Origin: Candidatus Omnitrophota bacterium
Lineage (GTDB): Bacteria > Omnitrophota > Gorgyraeia > Tantalellales > Tantalellaceae
Direction of reading: 5' to 3'
Assembly: GCA_034723315.1 (NCBI GenBank)
Contig: JAYEOV010000035.1
Span: 8,329-72,328, forward strand
DNA: 64,000 bases
The translations under genes were made by a program, and so were the position numbers. The notes beneath the pieces are model-generated. The model was not told where the DNA came from, made no database searches, and saw only the letters and a list, made by a program, of their open reading frames with translations. Shown here in pieces: positions 45,850 to 54,042 of the stretch (position 1 is the first letter of the stretch; the number at the start of each line of letters is the position of its first letter).

Positions 45850-47061
45850 TTAACGGTTATTTCCCTCGGGGACTTTTCTTGTAATTAATATTCCCGCAAT
45901 GATGAAAACGGTCTGTATGAGCATAGCGACCCTGTATTTAGATGCTCCCATAAAACCGAAGACAAGGATCGATAGCCCCCAGATAAGCGGCCCCAAAATA
46001 GCGGAAGACTTTCCGACCAGCCCGAGAAGGCCGAATATCTCGCCCAGCTTTTCCTCCGGACAGAGCTTTACCGCCAAAGCGCGGCTGGTTGTCCAGACCG
46101 AACCAAGGGCCACTCCGATCAACGGTCCGACGATCCAGAACATTATTCTGGAAAAAGCGCAAGCTGCCAGGACAAGACACACGAACCATAAAAACAAGGA
46201 GATCATAAGGGACCTTTTCGCTCCTAGCCTGTCCGCCATGAAGCCGAAAAAGAGCGATCCGAATATGGCCATTACAGTTGAAAAAAGAAACAGGGCTATC
46301 AGCTCACTGTCGCTGAACAGCGCAACTTTCTTCATATATACCGACATGAACACGATAAGAGTATTCACGGCGTTGAGGAATAAAAAGGCCCCCAGAAGGA
46401 ACAGTAACAGCCCCGGGTATCGGTCCCGGTTTGAAAACGTCTCTTTTATGCGGGATACTACATTCCCCATACGGAATTTATCCGCAGGCCTCTTAACAGC
46501 ACTTTCTTCTCTAACCAGGAAAAAGCATGGCAGCGAAAATATGAAAAAAAGCACCGCCGTCGGGACAAAAGCTGCCTGGTGGCCGTACCTTATGACAAAA
46601 GGCCTGGTAATGAGCATACCGACAATAGCGCCTACATAACCGAACCCTGTTCCCAGGCCGGATACCCTGCCGATCTCATTATGGCCACATATCCTCGGGA
46701 GCATCGCATTATAGAAGATGGTCGCTACCTGGTAGAAAAGATTGGCCATGAAAAATATGAGAAGACCCGAGAAAACATCTTTTGCCAACCCGAGAAAAGC
46801 CGTAAAGGCGCATGCAAGAACCGTGAAAAACACAAGAAAAGGTATCTTTCTTTTGAAAATATCGGAAACCGCGCCCAAAAACGGTTCCAGGAGAGCCGCC
46901 ATCAAGAGCGAACCGGACAGCGTTATACTGTAGAATATGTCCTCCCTGCCCTTGTCCACTGTTACCCAAAGGACAAAATACAGGGATATCACGTTCATTG
47001 AAAAGATCGTGTTGGCAAAATCGTATAAAGCCCAGCCGAAAACAGGCAATCTTTTACGCAC
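45850..47061 (-). CDS. MFS transporter
   Basis: 403 aa, 12 TM, MFS motif A-like GRVSGLG. Confidence 0.7.
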   Translation of the reverse strand: MRKRLPVFGWALYDFANTIFSMNVISLYFVLWVTVDKGREDIFYSITLSGSLLMAALLEPFLGAVSDIFKRKIPFLVFFTVLACAFTAFLGLAKDVFSGLLIFFMANLFYQVATIFYNAMLPRICGHNEIGRVSGLGTGFGYVGAIVGMLITRPFVIRYGHQAAFVPTAVLFFIFSLPCFFLVREESAVKRPADKFRMGNVVSRIKETFSNRDRYPGLLLFLLGAFLFLNAVNTLIVFMSVYMKKVALFSDSELIALFLFSTVMAIFGSLFFGFMADRLGAKRSLMISLFLWFVCLVLAACAFSRIMFWIVGPLIGVALGSVWTTSRALAVKLCPEEKLGEIFGLLGLVGKSSAILGPLIWGLSILVFGFMGASKYRVAMLIQTVFIIAGILITRKVPEGNNR

Positions 47062-47418
47062 TTTAAACCTCCTGCATAATCAATTATCCTATCTCTTGTT
47101 TATCTTGTCAAAGAACTTCTTACAGATCCCCGCTTTCCCTGAGGGCCTCTGGCCTCAGGATTTCTTGGCCAACACTATAACTCCAATGCCAAGGCCCCTT
47201 TTGTGCGCGCCTCGGGTGCTCGCACGGTGTCCTCGGGCCTTCGCCCTCGGTCACGCGGGAATGACACTGAGGAAAGTGCCGACAATATGTTACACTATCC
47301 TTTTACAGATTTCTCGACTCGCCCCTATTGGTATCAGGTGTCAGGGCTCTATAAAAAAAAGGGGACGAAACCCTATTTTTTAAATAGGATTCCGTCCTTT
47401 TTTTTCAAACCATCGATC

Positions 47419-47796
47419 TTATGCTTCGACCTTTTTGTCGATAAGGAATAACTCCTCGACGTTCTCCTCCGCCCAGCCGAGGCTATAACCGGGTCTTCCG
47501 GGCTCGCTTGACATATCCGGTCTTTCCGGGGCATCCTCTATGGCGGGTATTTCCGGGTTGCCCTCTGTCCAGGGGACCGAAGGAAGACATGCTATAGCTT
47601 CTTTCTGGAAGGCAAACGTCCTGTTATATTCGTCATACAAAACATCATTCTCGAACCAACCTATATGCTTTCCCCCAAGCGAATAGACATTATTATTCAC
47701 CAACCAGCCAAGGTTTTTTCCTTCCCTGCTGATAAAGCGGTCTTCATAAAGAAAAAGGCAAGGGTTTCCCTTTCTGTTGAAAAGCCACTCAGCCAT
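47419..47796 (-). CDS. Hypothetical protein with repeated G-x-H/N-[IL]-GW beta motifs
   Basis: GKNLGWLVNNNVYSLGGKHIGWFENDVLYDE repeats; no confident family. Confidence 0.35.
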   Translation of the reverse strand: MAEWLFNRKGNPCLFLYEDRFISREGKNLGWLVNNNVYSLGGKHIGWFENDVLYDEYNRTFAFQKEAIACLPSVPWTEGNPEIPAIEDAPERPDMSSEPGRPGYSLGWAEENVEELFLIDKKVEA

Positions 47797-48029
47797 TTCA
47801 CCCTCCTCACTGGTTAGAACTCAATCCGTGACTTTATAAAAGTCGAAAAAATGATAATATATAAATCTTTTAACCATATTAATAATAGCATATATTAATT
47901 AATTTTTATATATAATTTAGCTAATTTTTGGTTAACTTTTGGTGTGAAGATCACAGGCGGGAAACAAGTGCCGAAAGCATTTTCGATTATATCGTATGTC
48001 GTATTGCGTTTTTTTCTTTTTATTTTTTT

Positions 48030-48581
48030 TTATATATTACGCCCCTCTTTTTTGGCCTTTATATATTCCGGAGGCACATTTTTTGCAAGGAATAGTTTTC
48101 CTTCCCTGTAGAACTTTATATCTTTAAGGGCCGCCTCTTTTGCCATTACCTCCAGAATAACCGGAGTCTGAGCATGCCGCATGCCGACCATGTATGCATC
48201 TTTCTCGTTCGAGCTGAGATGGACGAACTGCCTGCTCATGGGCTTCAGGCCTTCTGCAAGAATCTTTTCAAGATCTTCCGGAGATGTTCCGTGATAGAGA
48301 ACTTCCGGAGGTATTATACTTTCCGAGCCGGGCCGGACTTCGAGGGAATGGCCGTAAGTGGCCCTTATCTTTTTTGCCGAGACCTCAAAACGCCCTTTCG
48401 GTTCATTTTTTACGAGTTCAAAAAGGTCCTCTTCCTTAAACTTCCTGAATCTTTTCCTGAGGACCCGCAGGACATCGGCTAACGGGGCGTACCCACACCC
48501 GTCCAGCTCAAGATCCCAGCTGCCGGGATCATGACGAAGTATATATGACAGGAACTTGCTCAGTTTTATCTTAGAAACCAT
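48030..48581 (-). CDS. kptA: RNA 2'-phosphotransferase KptA/Tpt1
   Basis: SKFLSYILRHDPG...LDG.GYA N-terminus, YHGTS, VHLS motifs. The start codon lies inside the MITE left TIR. Confidence 0.75.
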   Translation of the reverse strand: MVSKIKLSKFLSYILRHDPGSWDLELDGCGYAPLADVLRVLRKRFRKFKEEDLFELVKNEPKGRFEVSAKKIRATYGHSLEVRPGSESIIPPEVLYHGTSPEDLEKILAEGLKPMSRQFVHLSSNEKDAYMVGMRHAQTPVILEVMAKEAALKDIKFYREGKLFLAKNVPPEYIKAKKEGRNI

Positions 48582-48752
48582 TTCATAACCCGGTTCGTAA
48601 CGAGGCTGAACGAAAAAGTCATTGACAAGGCCTGAGGGGCAAAATGCCCGGAAACGTAGCCGGTGCGCTACGTTGAGGACATTTTACCCCGAAAACGCAG
48701 TCAATGACTTTTGCAGCCAGCCGCAGTAGAACGGTGTTATGAAATGGTTTCT
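48573..48752 (+). mobile_element. Complete MITE-like element (180 bp) with 17-19-bp terminal inverted repeats
   Basis: Left AGAAACCATTTCATAACCC; right GGTGTTATGAAATGGTTTCT; core GGTTCGTAACGAGGCTGAACGAAAAAGTCATTGACAAGGCCTGAGGGGCAAAATGCCCGGAAACGTAGCCGGTGCGCTACGTTGA. Confidence 0.65.
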
Positions 48753-48921
48753 ATAGCTTGACACCTTGCCGTCTACCATCTGCTGGCCGCACGTCCTGCT
48801 ACATTGCTCGGCCAATTTTGTCAAATGTTGACAGGCTGACCAGGAATATAAATTTTCAAAAATTAGATATTAAAAATAAAGGACTTACAACAATAATCTA
48901 TTCGAAAAAGGCTATTCTCGG

Positions 48922-50445
48922 TCAGCCTGTTGAGCCCTGACCCCCTAATGGGGAGACGGTGATCGCCCTCGCCGGACGGACGGGACATTTCGTCTGGCAT
49001 ATCCCGCAACCGATACAAAGATCCGGATCTACAACCGGTCTTCTTACTGACCGGCCGCCTATATTGAATTCTTTTATCCGTATAGCTTTTTCAGGGACCG
49101 GACAATGTTCTTCACAGATCAGACATTCGGCGTTCCAGACCCATGCTATGCAGCTCGACCGGTCCACGTTCGCGACACCGAGTTTTGTTTTTTTCTTCTC
49201 TTCAAGCTTAAGCCTCGGAATCGCTCCGGTTGGGCACGCACTGCCGCAAAGAATGCAGTTGTATTCACAATACCCTATTTCGGGAACGAGATGCGGCGTC
49301 CAGATCCCCTCCAGCCCGGCCTGGAACATCGCAGGCTGAAGCCCGTTGGTCGGACAGACCTTCATACAGTTCCCGCAACGCACGCAACGGCTTAAGAACT
49401 CATCCTCCCTCAAGGCCCCGGGCGGTCTTATAACCGGAGACGCGTTTTCCTTCTTTTTACCCCACTTGAATCCCGACACGAACACAGAGGAAAAGACCAT
49501 AAAGAGAAACTCCCGTCGGGATATCCCCCTCTTGCCGTTTTCATCCTTTTTCAACACCGATGATCGTCCCGCGGGAAAAAACGTGAATCTTGTACCTCCA
49601 TGGAGGCAATCGTACACGCAGTCCATGCAGAGAATACATTCGCCCTTAACATAGCTGTTGTCGTCATTTATGGCCCCCATCCGGCAGTTCCTAACGCATT
49701 CTCCGCAAGAGACGCACTTATCTGCAACCCGCCGTAAAACAGCGAATCTCGAAACAACCGAATAAAAAGCTCCCAGAGGGCAAATGAAGCGGCACCATAA
49801 CCTTGAGACAAGAAGAGCCGTGATACATATTAAAACGAAAAACACGAATATTATTCCCGAATTCGCGAAATAATGCGCTTTTACGCCCAAGAAAGACATC
49901 TTAAGAGAACTATAAAGATCTTGTACCGGCCCGTACAGGTTGAGATCCCGTATCAAAAACACGAAAAATCTGTCTGTCACGGACGTAAAGGCCGGTATAA
50001 GGTTCAACGAAACGAAACGCGCCATTATCACCATCGGATCAAGCACCCACGCGGCCTGCACACCGAAAAGGGCGCTAACGAGAACCGCCCCCAGTAAAAA
50101 GAACTTGATCTTACGCAACTTCGCGCCGGCGCGCCCTTTTACCGGTATTTTCTTTTTTCTTGCAGCGCCCGTAAGGTCTATGACCGTTCCCAGGGGGCAC
50201 ACCCACCCGCAGTAGAATCTGCCAAGGAACAACGTAAGAACCAGCATTCCCAGACAAACGGCCAGTCCCGGCAGAAACAGCCGTTCGCTTACGGAAGTGA
50301 ATATCACTATGTTGGGGTTTGTCCTGAAAAACGTTTCCGGCGGCAGGATGCCCTTCAATGGATACGTCGTCGACCAGAGTATATATACGAAAAGCAGCAG
50401 GAAAAAAGCCTGTGAAGATCTCCTCAGAATTATCAGCTTTTTCAT
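48922..50445 (-). CDS. Membrane-bound polyferredoxin (NapH/MauN-like TM domain + multiple 4Fe-4S ferredoxin domains)
   Basis: Two CPLG(T/A) motifs in the TM region (GWVCPLGT, RFICPLGA), then 6-7 CxxCxxCxxxCP clusters. Confidence 0.65.
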   Translation of the reverse strand: MKKLIILRRSSQAFFLLLFVYILWSTTYPLKGILPPETFFRTNPNIVIFTSVSERLFLPGLAVCLGMLVLTLFLGRFYCGWVCPLGTVIDLTGAARKKKIPVKGRAGAKLRKIKFFLLGAVLVSALFGVQAAWVLDPMVIMARFVSLNLIPAFTSVTDRFFVFLIRDLNLYGPVQDLYSSLKMSFLGVKAHYFANSGIIFVFFVLICITALLVSRLWCRFICPLGAFYSVVSRFAVLRRVADKCVSCGECVRNCRMGAINDDNSYVKGECILCMDCVYDCLHGGTRFTFFPAGRSSVLKKDENGKRGISRREFLFMVFSSVFVSGFKWGKKKENASPVIRPPGALREDEFLSRCVRCGNCMKVCPTNGLQPAMFQAGLEGIWTPHLVPEIGYCEYNCILCGSACPTGAIPRLKLEEKKKTKLGVANVDRSSCIAWVWNAECLICEEHCPVPEKAIRIKEFNIGGRSVRRPVVDPDLCIGCGICQTKCPVRPARAITVSPLGGQGSTG

Positions 50446-50505
50446 CCTATATCTCCACCCCGCGATGAATCAGGGGGGTCATGAATCAGGAACAATAATA
50501 TACCA

Positions 50506-50524
50506 GGGTTATAAAATTGGTTCT
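50506..50524. repeat. Degenerate solo MITE right TIR (GGGTTATAAAATTGGTTCT)
   Basis: 15/19 match to GGGTTATGAAATGGGTTCT; overlaps the stop of the malic enzyme gene. Confidence 0.3.
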
Positions 50525-51800
50525 AATAGGTCGGGATCTCCTTAAGCCCGGCCACACCTTCTTTTATGGCGGCTTCAGCTACCGCCTTTGACTCCCATTC
50601 TTTTATCCTGGGATCAAAAGGTGTCGGGATCAGATAATCCGGGGCGAACTCAAAGTTCCTGCCGTAAGCGGTCTTTACTTCTTCGGGAATATAACTCTCA
50701 CGCGCAAGAGCCGCAAGAGCCTCCGCTGCAGCTATTTTCATGCCCATAGTTATTTTTTTCGCCCGGACGTCAAGGGCCCCACGGAATATGAAGGGAAAGC
50801 CCAGAACGTTATTTATCTGGTTCGGAAAATCAGACCGCCCTGTCGCCAACACGTACTTTCGGCCTTTCATGCATTCTGCGACATCCTGCGGCATTATCTC
50901 AGGGACCGGGTTGGCCATCGCGAAAATGGCCGGATAATCGGACATCGAAAGGACCATCTCGGGCCTCACGCATCCAGCGACCGATACGCCGATGAAGACG
51001 TCCGCGCCGGCCATCGCGTCCGCAAGCGTCCTCTTTGCGGTATCAATCGCATGCGGTCTCTTATACTTATTGAGGTCCTCTCTGTTTTTACTCAGCACGC
51101 CTTTTGAATCACATAGAATACAATCCCTGACCCCGTCGGTTTTTATCATCTCGGCTATCCTCAGGCCCGCCGCCCCCGCGCCGTTTATCACTACTGAAAG
51201 GTCCCCCGCCTTCTTGCCGGAGAGCTTGCTATAGTTCTTGAGAGCCGCCAGGGTGATTATGGCTGTGCCCCACTGGTCATCGTGGAACACGGGTATGTCC
51301 AGCATCTCGTCAAGCCGGTCTTCTATCTCAAAACAGGCCGGTGCGGCGATATCTTCCAGATTGATCCCCCCGTACATGCCCGCTATTTTAACAGTAGTAT
51401 CTATGAACTTTTCTATATCCGTGCGCCCGTCCGGGCCCAGTACGCCTTCAAGAGGAACTGGCCAGCCGTCAACCCCGGCAAAGGCTTTGAAAAGAACGGC
51501 TTTACCTTCCATTACCGGTATGGACGGTCCGGGGCCGATATTTCCAAGACCCAGCACTGCCGTGCCGTCGGTAATTACAGCCACGAGATTCCCCTTCGCG
51601 GTCAGAGAATAAGCAAGGTTCTCGTCCCCTGCGATAGCTTCGCATATTTTTGAAACACCGGGAGTATAGGCCATGCTGAGATCTTTCTGATCGGTAAGTT
51701 TCTTCAGGAGTTCCAGACCGATCTTCCCCCCCATATGATATTCAAATACCTCTTCTTCTGTTATGATTAATTTATTCTGTTCCAAGTTGATACCTTTCAA
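50523..51800 (-). CDS. NAD(P)-dependent malic enzyme (short form)
   Basis: LSMAYTPGVSKICEAI, dinucleotide fold GAGAAGLRIA, 425 aa. Confidence 0.8.
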   Translation of the reverse strand: MKGINLEQNKLIITEEEVFEYHMGGKIGLELLKKLTDQKDLSMAYTPGVSKICEAIAGDENLAYSLTAKGNLVAVITDGTAVLGLGNIGPGPSIPVMEGKAVLFKAFAGVDGWPVPLEGVLGPDGRTDIEKFIDTTVKIAGMYGGINLEDIAAPACFEIEDRLDEMLDIPVFHDDQWGTAIITLAALKNYSKLSGKKAGDLSVVINGAGAAGLRIAEMIKTDGVRDCILCDSKGVLSKNREDLNKYKRPHAIDTAKRTLADAMAGADVFIGVSVAGCVRPEMVLSMSDYPAIFAMANPVPEIMPQDVAECMKGRKYVLATGRSDFPNQINNVLGFPFIFRGALDVRAKKITMGMKIAAAEALAALARESYIPEEVKTAYGRNFEFAPDYLIPTPFDPRIKEWESKAVAEAAIKEGVAGLKEIPTY

Positions 51801-51839
51801 ATAAATACAGGGCCCGGGTTAACCCCGACGGCTGCCGCC

Positions 51840-52118
51840 TTATGATCCGGTGACGCTCCTGTACGAGCAGCCGGGCCTCAAAGCGCCTTTTGCTATATGT
51901 TCCCGGATAGGAACGCAATTAAAAGCCTTTCCGGAAACCGTTTCCCTCCGGCCAAAGCGTTTATCATATATCATGCAGAAATATGTCCCGTTATCCAGCT
52001 TAACCAGATCCCGACAGGGATCATCAAGCGCCCCGCAGCATTGACCGCACCTCCCGCAAAGTTCATCGAACTTTTTTTCTTTTTCGAGCGAATATTTTTC
52101 GTAATTTAACGAATCCAT
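51840..52118 (-). CDS. YkgJ-family (UPF0153) Fe-S/zinc cysteine-cluster protein
   Basis: CGRCGQCCGAL cysteine cluster, 92 aa. Confidence 0.45.
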   Translation of the reverse strand: MDSLNYEKYSLEKEKKFDELCGRCGQCCGALDDPCRDLVKLDNGTYFCMIYDKRFGRRETVSGKAFNCVPIREHIAKGALRPGCSYRSVTGS

Positions 52119-52216
52119 TCCTCTTCGCCGTAATAATGCATTAAAAGGACCTGAAACATGTCACCTGATGCCTGGAACAGGACTCTGCGGGTCTTTATTC
52201 CTGGAATGTTCCGGAG

Positions 52217-52447
52217 CTACGGAAGATGCTGCCGCGCCTTGTTTCCCCTTACCAGCTGACGGGCGATGTAGCCGATAAGCACTATAATGTAGAATATGAG
52301 TATAATGAAAAGGACGGCAGCTGCTATTGAAAGAAGTATTGAGCTTATTCCGATAAGTATCGGCCAGGTCAGAAGAACGATCCCTATAATTACCAGCGAC
52401 ATTATAACTATCGCGAGTCCTATAAAAAAATCTTTCAGCGTTTGCAT
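52217..52447 (-). CDS. Small membrane protein, hypothetical
   Basis: 76 aa, 2 TM. Confidence 0.3.
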   Translation of the reverse strand: MQTLKDFFIGLAIVIMSLVIIGIVLLTWPILIGISSILLSIAAAVLFIILIFYIIVLIGYIARQLVRGNKARQHLP

Positions 52448-52700
52448 AGCCCTCCTCCCAACCTGGATGAGCCAGAACCAAAAAGGGATAAGGGATGTTC
52501 TGGCTCATCCATGTTGGTATATTGAAACCGTGCGAGCCCTATGGGCTATAAGAAGGTTCCCCGGCCCAAAGCTATGACTCAGCGGCCGGGAAAACCTACG
52601 GTTTTCAAACTTTCCTTTACAGAATTTTCGCAAAGTTGAGTTCTAAAAATATTGTTGCAACCAATTCATCATAACGGAATTTCAATAAAAAGGGGGATTT

Positions 52701-52722
52701 TAAGGGGGCAAAGCCCCCTTGC
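52701..52722 (-). terminator. Candidate rho-independent terminator
   Basis: GGGGGCAAAGCCCCC hairpin followed on the minus strand by a T-rich tract. Confidence 0.4.
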
Positions 52723-52771
52723 CATAAATTAAGCGCACCATGCAGCTCCAAAGTTGCGCGAAGCGCTTAAT

Positions 52772-53158
52772 TTATCCCGATATAAGAGCCTTTATCTCTT
52801 CTTCCGTCATGTCCTTTTTTCTGAGGAAACATATCCCGACATCATATGATTTGCCGGGCTCCCCCTCTGCAATACGGACCACGCGGCCGAAGATCCCGCT
52901 GTTGTGAATGATCAGATCGTCTTCTATCTCAGCGCATATGTTCATCATGCGATCGTCCAGCTCCAGCCAGACGATACTTGACAGCGCCGGTATGGAAAAC
53001 TCCGTGGATGTCCTGAAAAGCAGACCGCACGCGCTGATGTTTCGTGACGATATATCGGACTTCTGCGCGAGTTTATCTCCTGTAAGAACTTTACAATTCA
53101 AAGGTTTCTCATAATCGACCCTGAGAAATTCCCGTTTTTCTTCAAAGTCAGCATTCAT
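52772..53158 (-). CDS. PilZ domain c-di-GMP-binding protein
   Basis: REFLR (RxxxR) and NISACG (D/NxSxGG) motifs. Start is reassigned to MNADF (SD AGGAGGA 7 nt upstream), 1 nt after the LOG stop; track ORF 52772..53197. Confidence 0.6.
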   Translation of the reverse strand: MNADFEEKREFLRVDYEKPLNCKVLTGDKLAQKSDISSRNISACGLLFRTSTEFSIPALSSIVWLELDDRMMNICAEIEDDLIIHNSGIFGRVVRIAEGEPGKSYDVGICFLRKKDMTEEEIKALISG

Positions 53159-53159
53159 C

Positions 53160-53822
53160 TTATAATCCTCCTGTCTTGTCATAGAATTTATCCACATAAT
53201 CGACTATCTTCTTTGGATCGTCTATTACCGTGAATAGTTTCATGTCGTTTTCGTCTATGGCTCCGAGCTTCATACAGGAGCTTTTCAGCCAGTCCAGCAT
53301 TCCTTTCCAGTAGGCCTTGCCTACAAGGACCACGGGAAAAGGTTCCATCCTCTCGGTCTGTATCAGGGCAACCATTTCAAAAAATTCATCCAGGGTCCCG
53401 AACCCGCCTGGAAAGGCTATAAACGCTTTGCTGTACTTCGCGAACATCAATTTACGCACGAAGAAATACCTGAACTCCAGGGGGATCGTAACGTACCTGT
53501 TGAACTTCTGTTCAAGAGGTATGGTTATATTGAGCCCTATCGATTCCCCGCCGGCCTTCTTCGCGCCCATATTGGCCGCTTCCATGATCCCCTCCCCGGC
53601 CCCGGTGAGAACCGCGTATCCGTCTTTAGCGAAAAGCTCGGCGGTCTTTCTCGCCATTGGATAATACTTATGGGACTTTTTCAGACGGGACGAGCCGAAT
53701 ATGCTAACAGCCTTCCCTATGCTTCTCAGGGACTCGAAACCGTCGACGAACTCGCTCATTATCCGGAACACCCGCCAGGGTTCTTCAATGGGATGATCGT
53801 GCATTATACTTTTTTCTTTCAC
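53160..53822 (-). CDS. LOG family protein (TIGR00730; cytokinin riboside 5'-monophosphate phosphoribohydrolase-like)
   Basis: AVSIFGSSR and PGGFGTLDEFFE motifs. Confidence 0.75.
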   Translation of the reverse strand: MKEKSIMHDHPIEEPWRVFRIMSEFVDGFESLRSIGKAVSIFGSSRLKKSHKYYPMARKTAELFAKDGYAVLTGAGEGIMEAANMGAKKAGGESIGLNITIPLEQKFNRYVTIPLEFRYFFVRKLMFAKYSKAFIAFPGGFGTLDEFFEMVALIQTERMEPFPVVLVGKAYWKGMLDWLKSSCMKLGAIDENDMKLFTVIDDPKKIVDYVDKFYDKTGGL

Positions 53823-54042
53823 GCCTACCTCTCCTTCTGACTTTATGAAGTGATTATATTATATATAATTCTGCGCGAAATTCATACTTATTTTGAAAAA
53901 ATCAGGATCCGAGGGATATCTTTCTCTTGTATAAGACAGGTCATATGTTTGCAAAATAAAGGGCTAATACCCGTGTCCTTCCCGCAGGATCACGGATACA
54001 GGCCGGATTATCCTCAGGGCCATTAGAACTCCGGATTATCCC

